Shown: positions 59,983-64,000 of the stretch, piece by piece
Position numbering within the stretch: the stretch's first letter is position 1
How the letters are laid out: the number at the start of each line of letters is the position of its first letter
From: Deltaproteobacteria bacterium
GTDB lineage: Bacteria; Desulfobacterota; Binatia; HRBIN30; JACQVA1
DNA: 64,000 bases
Direction of reading: 5' to 3'
NCBI GenBank assembly: GCA_016210005.1
Contig: JACQVA010000127.1
Coordinates: 835 to 64,834, forward strand
Translations under genes and position numbers: made by a program
The notes under the pieces: generated by a model
Databases searched by the model: none
What the model was told of the DNA's origin: nothing
Seen by the model: only the letters and a program-made list of their open reading frames with translations

Positions 59983-60422
59983 TGGACGTGCTAGGTTTGC
60001 TGGCGATCTTCGGCCTGGGCGCTTTCGAGCTGTGGGCGGCTATTCCTGCGGGCATGGCGCTGCAGCTGCATCCGGTCACCATCGTTGTCACCACCACCCT
60101 GGGTGCAATCGCCGGCATCGTGCTGGTCACTCTTGCGGGTGAGCGCGCGCGGGTATGGCTGGAGCGCTGGCTCAGTCGTGCCGCGGGCACTAACGGCCAG
60201 GGCCGAGTGGCGCGGGTGTGGACCCGCTACGGCGTGGTTGGCCTGGGGCTGCTGTCGCCGTTGCTGGTCGGGGCGCCGATCGGCACCATCGTCGGCATGA
60301 CCCTCGGGGCGCCAATGGGCCGCTTGCTGTTCTGGATGAGTCTGGGCGCCGCACTGTGCAGCGCCGGCCTCACGCTGATCGGCATGATGGGGCTGATGGG
60401 GTGGCAGTCGTTAGGCCAATGA
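59983..60422 (+). CDS. Small integral membrane protein (small multidrug-export-like / DUF-type)
   Basis: MDVLGLLAIFGLGAFELWAAIPAGMALQL... There are 4 predicted TM helices and it is Gly-rich. Confidence 0.4.
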
Positions 60423-60465
60423 TCCCGGTGAATCGGCGGGCGCAGCGCGGCCTTGTCTGATCGCT

Positions 60466-60987
60466 TCATGAATCGCCGCGCGCGTGCTGGTAGAGGCGGG
60501 CGACTTCTATTGCCACCTCCTCCGGGCTGCGACTGTCAGTGTCGATTTGATGGTCGGCGGCGGCTTCGTACAAAGGGGTGCGTTGGCGCAGCACCTCATC
60601 CACTTCCTCGGTAAACGACTTGCCTGCCGTCAGGGCCGGGCGTTCGCCGCCAGCTTCGATGCGGGCGATGATTGCCGGCACCGCAGCTCGCAGCCAGAAG
60701 AGCTTGCCACCACGGCGCAAGTGGCTGACGTTCTCTGGGCGAAGAATGACACCGCCGCCGGCATCAATGATGATGTTGTCGCGCTCGCTCATGCGCTTGG
60801 TGACCTCGGACTCGAGATCGCGGAAATGCGGCCAGCCGTGCTCCGCGACGATCTGTGGGATCGAGCGCCCGGCATGGCGGACGATTTCTTGATCGAGGCT
60901 AACCACCGCCATGCCCAGCTTGGCGCCGAGCAGCTTAGCCACCGTCGATTTGCCGGTCCCGCGGTAGCCGATCAACACTAGATTCAT
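60466..60987 (-). CDS. aroK: Shikimate kinase
   Basis: MNLVLIGYRGTGKSTVAKLLG is the Walker A motif. The LID region is present. An ATGA overlap links it to the aroE stop. Confidence 0.85.
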   Translation of the reverse strand: MNLVLIGYRGTGKSTVAKLLGAKLGMAVVSLDQEIVRHAGRSIPQIVAEHGWPHFRDLESEVTKRMSERDNIIIDAGGGVILRPENVSHLRRGGKLFWLRAAVPAIIARIEAGGERPALTAGKSFTEEVDEVLRQRTPLYEAAADHQIDTDSRSPEEVAIEVARLYQHARGDS

Positions 60988-61865
60988 CGCCGCCTCGACT
61001 CTGCCGCCAAGTGTTCGAGCACCACCTCGCGCATAACCGAGCGCGGCGCCGTCTTGCCGGTCCACAACTCGAACTGAATCACGGCCTGATTGACGAACAT
61101 CTCCACCCCGGAGATGGTCTTGCGCCCCTGGCGCTCGGCATCAGCGAGCAGCTTGGTCTTGAGCGGGTTGTAGACGATGTCCATCACCGCCAGCTCGCGG
61201 TGCAAGAGCGACTCGGGCACCGCGCTGGCGTCGGTGTCAGGGTGCATACCCACCGGGGTGCAATTTATGAGCACCTGGCTTTCCGCCAGTCGTGCCGCCA
61301 AGGTCTTCGGCTCGAGCAACGCACCGCTGGCCTTGACTCCGGTCTTGGTTACCAGGTCGTTCGTCAGCGCCCGCAGCTCAGGCTCAATGACGCCGAGCAG
61401 GAAGAGTGCCCCGGCTTTGGCCTCGGCCAGGGTAAAGGCAATCGCCCGCGCCGCGCCACCCGAGCCCAGGATCGTTACCGATCTTCCCGCCACCTCGACA
61501 CCGGCGTCGCTGAGCGCCTTGAGTGCACCGGGGCCGTCGCTTCCAAAACCTTTGAGCCGGCCGCCGTCGTTGACGACCGTGTTGACCGAACCGATACGGC
61601 GGTCAACCGCAGCCACCTCGTCCAAGTGCGGAATGATCGACACTTTGTGAGGGATGGTGACGCTCAGGCCGCGGAAGTTCTCGAACGCGCGCATGCCCGC
61701 CACCGCCGCGCCGACGTCCTCGACCCGAAAAGCGACGTAGACGTAATCGAGGTTCAACTCGGCAAAGGCACGATTGTGGATCGCCGGCGACATCGAATGG
61801 GCGATCGGGTTGCCGATCACCGCACACAGTGTGGTGCTCGGGGTAATGTCAGTGATAGCTCTCAT
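60984..61865 (-). CDS. aroE: Shikimate dehydrogenase
   Basis: LCAVIGNPIAHSMSPAIHN, GLSVTIPHK and the NADP-binding LGSGGAARAIAF are present. Confidence 0.85.
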   Translation of the reverse strand: MRAITDITPSTTLCAVIGNPIAHSMSPAIHNRAFAELNLDYVYVAFRVEDVGAAVAGMRAFENFRGLSVTIPHKVSIIPHLDEVAAVDRRIGSVNTVVNDGGRLKGFGSDGPGALKALSDAGVEVAGRSVTILGSGGAARAIAFTLAEAKAGALFLLGVIEPELRALTNDLVTKTGVKASGALLEPKTLAARLAESQVLINCTPVGMHPDTDASAVPESLLHRELAVMDIVYNPLKTKLLADAERQGRKTISGVEMFVNQAVIQFELWTGKTAPRSVMREVVLEHLAAESRRR

Positions 61866-61974
61866 CTGGATTCAACCTCAACGCAAGCGCACGCGCGGCC
61901 CCTTAGCATCAGGCGGCGCACTATAGCCACCCTGCCGCCCAACACCAAGCGGCGTCAGGCTCAAGCTGCTTAGC

Positions 61975-62237
61975 GGGTGTGCGACAAATCTGTGGGTAAC
62001 GTGCAGCCGACCGGGCAAATCCTCACCAGTCTGACAGTACTGTGTACTGTCAGGCCGAGGCCCACGGCCGAAAGGGACGCAATTTGTCATTCCCGCGAAA
62101 GCGGGAATCCACGGCACCGGCTCGCTACGACCCGCCAAACGCCAAACTGGATTCCCGCTTTCGCGGGAATGACGGCCTTTCGCGGGAATGACGGCCATAA
62201 CACCGAACCACGTTACCCACAAATTTGTCGCGCACCC
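61975..62237. repeat. 263-bp structured intergenic element bounded by 29-bp imperfect terminal inverted repeats, with nested hairpins and a short direct repeat (MITE / REP-like or structured RNA)
   Basis: The left end is gggtgtgcgacaaatctgtgggtaacgtg. The RC of the right end is gggtgcgcgacaaatttgtgggtaacgtg (27 of 29 identical). Internal hairpins are ctgacagtac/gtactgtcag, attcccgc-gaaa-gcgggaat and attcccgc-tttc-gcgggaat. The direct repeat gcgggaatgacggcc occurs twice. Confidence 0.6.
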
Positions 62238-62245
62238 GTGCTTAG

Positions 62246-62893
62246 CTATGTCGGTGCTGTCGGGCTCAGCCGTGTGATGCGCTGGTCGGCGCGCACGATC
62301 AAGCAGCGGCCGGGCCGGGGCCGGTCACGCTGAGCTAGCTGGGGAAAGCTGGCGGCGTACCACAGCATGGTGACAACGTCCCACGGCGGCGGGCTCGCGC
62401 CCGTGCCGGCGGCGATGTTGTGCACGCAGCGTAGCGGCCGCGGCGGCGCGGCGAGTCCCGCTGCCAGTGCCGTCTCCCAGTCGCGGACGAAGAGCTTCAG
62501 CGGCTGCCCCGGCGCGCGTGCGCCCAGCATTATGATCTTCCTGCCCGCGCCGGCGGCGTCGCCGGCGATCACGATCTTTTCCTCGACCGGGAAGAAGACG
62601 TTCGCCGCCTTGTCCATGAAGGTCGTTTCGTCGCGGCGAATAGGCTCAGCCGCCGGCGACTCGAGGTAGGCCAGCACGCCTGCGAGGGCAGCGCGGTCGC
62701 GGTACCAGAACTCCGTCAGGCAATCGAAGCCGGCAGGCCCGCCGGCGATCTCTTCGGCGACGTGGTTGCGTACATAGCCGCTGAACTGATCGAAATGCCG
62801 CAAGGCGAGCGGGGCGTGCACCTCTTCATAGTGCCGCCGGAACTCGGCGCGAGCGAGCTCATGGCGGCGGACGATGAGGGCGATGATCTTCAC
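62246..62893 (-). CDS. Tandem EthD-domain protein (dimeric alpha+beta barrel)
   Basis: The first domain reads VKIIALIVRRHELARAEFRRHYEEVHAPLAL...GYVRNHV...EFWYRDRAAL. A second, more degenerate copy follows. The start is taken internally to avoid overlap with the B12 gene. Confidence 0.5.
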   Translation of the reverse strand: MKIIALIVRRHELARAEFRRHYEEVHAPLALRHFDQFSGYVRNHVAEEIAGGPAGFDCLTEFWYRDRAALAGVLAYLESPAAEPIRRDETTFMDKAANVFFPVEEKIVIAGDAAGAGRKIIMLGARAPGQPLKLFVRDWETALAAGLAAPPRPLRCVHNIAAGTGASPPPWDVVTMLWYAASFPQLAQRDRPRPGRCLIVRADQRITRLSPTAPT

Positions 62894-62906
62894 CGTCGTC
62901 CGCTCC

Positions 62907-63326
62907 CTAACCTTGGCGGTGTTCGGCGTACCAGTTGCGGATGTAGGCGACGATGTCACCGGTGGGCGTGCCCATGGTGAAGATCTCTTGCACGCCGCCG
63001 CGCCTGAGCGCGCGGGCGTCTTCTTCAGGAATAACGCCGCCGCCGAGCACCAGCTTGTCGCCTGCGCCTTGCGCCCGCAGCAACTCGACCACCCGGGGGA
63101 AGTGGCGCATGTGAGCTGCCGACAGGCTGCTCAGTCCGACCACGTCCACGTCTTCCTCGATCGCGGTCTTGACCACCATCTCCGGCGTCTGCTTGAGGCC
63201 ACTGAAGATCACCTCCATGCCGGCGTCGCGCAGCGCCGCGGCGATCACCGTGACGCCGATGGTATGGCTGTCGAGTCCGAGCTTGGCCAGCAGCACGCGC
63301 ACTCGCTTGTCACCGTCCTTGGTCAT
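62907..63326 (-). CDS. Cobalamin (B12)-binding domain protein, the small subunit of a split acyl-CoA mutase
   Basis: [30 protein letters not shown] carries the DxHxxG B12 motif. VVGLSSLS is present. Confidence 0.8.
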   Translation of the reverse strand: MTKDGDKRVRVLLAKLGLDSHTIGVTVIAAALRDAGMEVIFSGLKQTPEMVVKTAIEEDVDVVGLSSLSAAHMRHFPRVVELLRAQGAGDKLVLGGGVIPEEDARALRRGGVQEIFTMGTPTGDIVAYIRNWYAEHRQG

Positions 63327-63332
63327 CGCCGC

Positions 63333-64000
63333 TCACACTGCTGCTACCATCGCATCCGGGTGGTACTCGCCGAACACCTCGCGCAACACGCCGCAAATCT
63401 CGCCGTGCGTGGCATAGGCGCGGACCGCTGCGAGCACTGACGGCATCAGATTGTCATTCCCTTGCGCCGCCCGCCGCACCTCTGCCAACGCCGTCGCCAC
63501 CCTCGTTCCATCGCGCTGTGCGCGCAAGCGGCGAACTTTTTCGATCTGGCGCTGCTCGACCTCGGGGTCGAGTTTGAAGACCTCGATCGTGCGCCGCTCG
63601 CCGGGCTGCTGCAGGTGATTGACCCCGATCAGCTTGCGGGCGCCGCTTTCGATTGCCAGCGTGCGTTCGTACTGCTGGCGCGCCAGCTCGCGCTGGAAGT
63701 AACCGCTCTTGATCGCCGCCAGGGCACCGCCCAGGGCATCGATCTTAGCGATCTCCGCCAAGACCGCCGCCGCGATCGTCTTGGTCAGGTGCTCGACGTA
63801 GTAGGAACCGCCGAGCGGGTCGACGGTATCGGCGGCGCCGCTTTCGTGGGCGACGATGTTCTGAATGGCCACGCCCACGCGAATGGCTTCCTCACTCGGC
63901 AGCGCGTGGGCTTCATCGTGCAGCGGTGTGGTCATGGTCTGACCGCCGCCGCCGAGCACGCAGGCCAGCATCTGGATGGCCAAGCGGGCGATGTTGTTCA
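63333..64000 (-). CDS. Methylmalonyl-CoA mutase-family catalytic (large) subunit, C-terminal part. Partial: the N-terminus lies beyond the window end.
   Basis: AAIKSGYFQRELARQQYERTLAIESGARKLIGVN is the conserved C-terminal region of the MCM catalytic barrel. The frame is open to the window end. Confidence 0.75.
   Translation of the reverse strand, partial: NNIARLAIQMLACVLGGGGQTMTTPLHDEAHALPSEEAIRVGVAIQNIVAHESGAADTVDPLGGSYYVEHLTKTIAAAVLAEIAKIDALGGALAAIKSGYFQRELARQQYERTLAIESGARKLIGVNHLQQPGERRTIEVFKLDPEVEQRQIEKVRRLRAQRDGTRVATALAEVRRAAQGNDNLMPSVLAAVRAYATHGEICGVLREVFGEYHPDAMVAAV

Overview
This is a 64-kb, high-GC (about 68-70% by eye) bacterial chromosomal window. It is densely coded on both strands, and I found no rRNA, CRISPR array, transposase or integrase. 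Because of the GC content the ORF track is full of long antisense pseudo-ORFs, so every call below rests on reading the translations for family signatures. The many sigma-54 components and two-component systems suggest a Deltaproteobacteria, Myxococcota or Acidobacteria-like organism; that is inference only.

Gene content by region:
1. 1-2498 (-): a secreted multiheme c-type cytochrome with at least 12 CXXCH sites and an internal 1.4-kb tandem duplication. Its C-terminus runs off the window start. It is driven by a near-consensus sigma-54 promoter.
2. 2789-7019: divergent from the cytochrome, a sigma-54-dependent regulatory module (a REC-only response regulator, a histidine kinase and an NtrC-family activator) sits beside a 98-aa standalone Fis-type HTH mini-protein. 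The mini-protein is a close paralog of the activator's C-terminal DNA-binding domain.
3. 7074-10719 (-): a GalT-like HIT enzyme, a GT-C glycosyltransferase and a sirtuin.
4. 11435-27441: two-component kinases, an AsmA-family protein, a crotonase, an isochorismatase-like hydrolase, a beta-lactamase-like serine hydrolase, a transglutaminase-like protein, a Mut7-C RNase domain, TrmL, an FAD-linked oxidase, a BNR-repeat secreted protein, a CDP-alcohol phosphatidyltransferase, and alpha/beta hydrolases.
5. 27655-35250: cspA, then a canonical lptC-lptA-lptB-rpoN-hpf-ptsN-rapZ-ptsO (NPr) operon, then ahcY.
6. 35266-47137: a GAF histidine kinase, a MaoC dehydratase, a large polytopic membrane protein, an alpha/beta hydrolase, an amine-oxidase-fold FAD oxidoreductase, a divergent pair of paralogous PAS kinases, and a CBS-pair protein.
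7. 47232-52845: an unusual HPF(YfiA)-cold-shock-domain fusion; a carbamate kinase, a cPGS/DUF1611-like P-loop protein and a carboxymuconolactone-decarboxylase-family protein in one operon; then an alkaline-phosphatase-superfamily enzyme.
8. 52872-59648 (-): a compact eight-gene operon, which I judge the most interesting region. It holds a polyprenyl diphosphate synthase, four or five uncharacterised proteins, an SCP2-like protein, a 771-aa flavin amine-oxidase-fold protein with an embedded OmpA-like motif, and a basic Cys/His mini-protein. It matches no standard pathway I can name and is my candidate for an undescribed isoprenoid-linked system.
9. 59983-64000: a small membrane protein, aroK-aroE, a 263-bp structured intergenic element flanked by inverted repeats, a tandem-EthD protein, and a split methylmalonyl-CoA-mutase-like B12 enzyme (the catalytic gene is partial at the window end).
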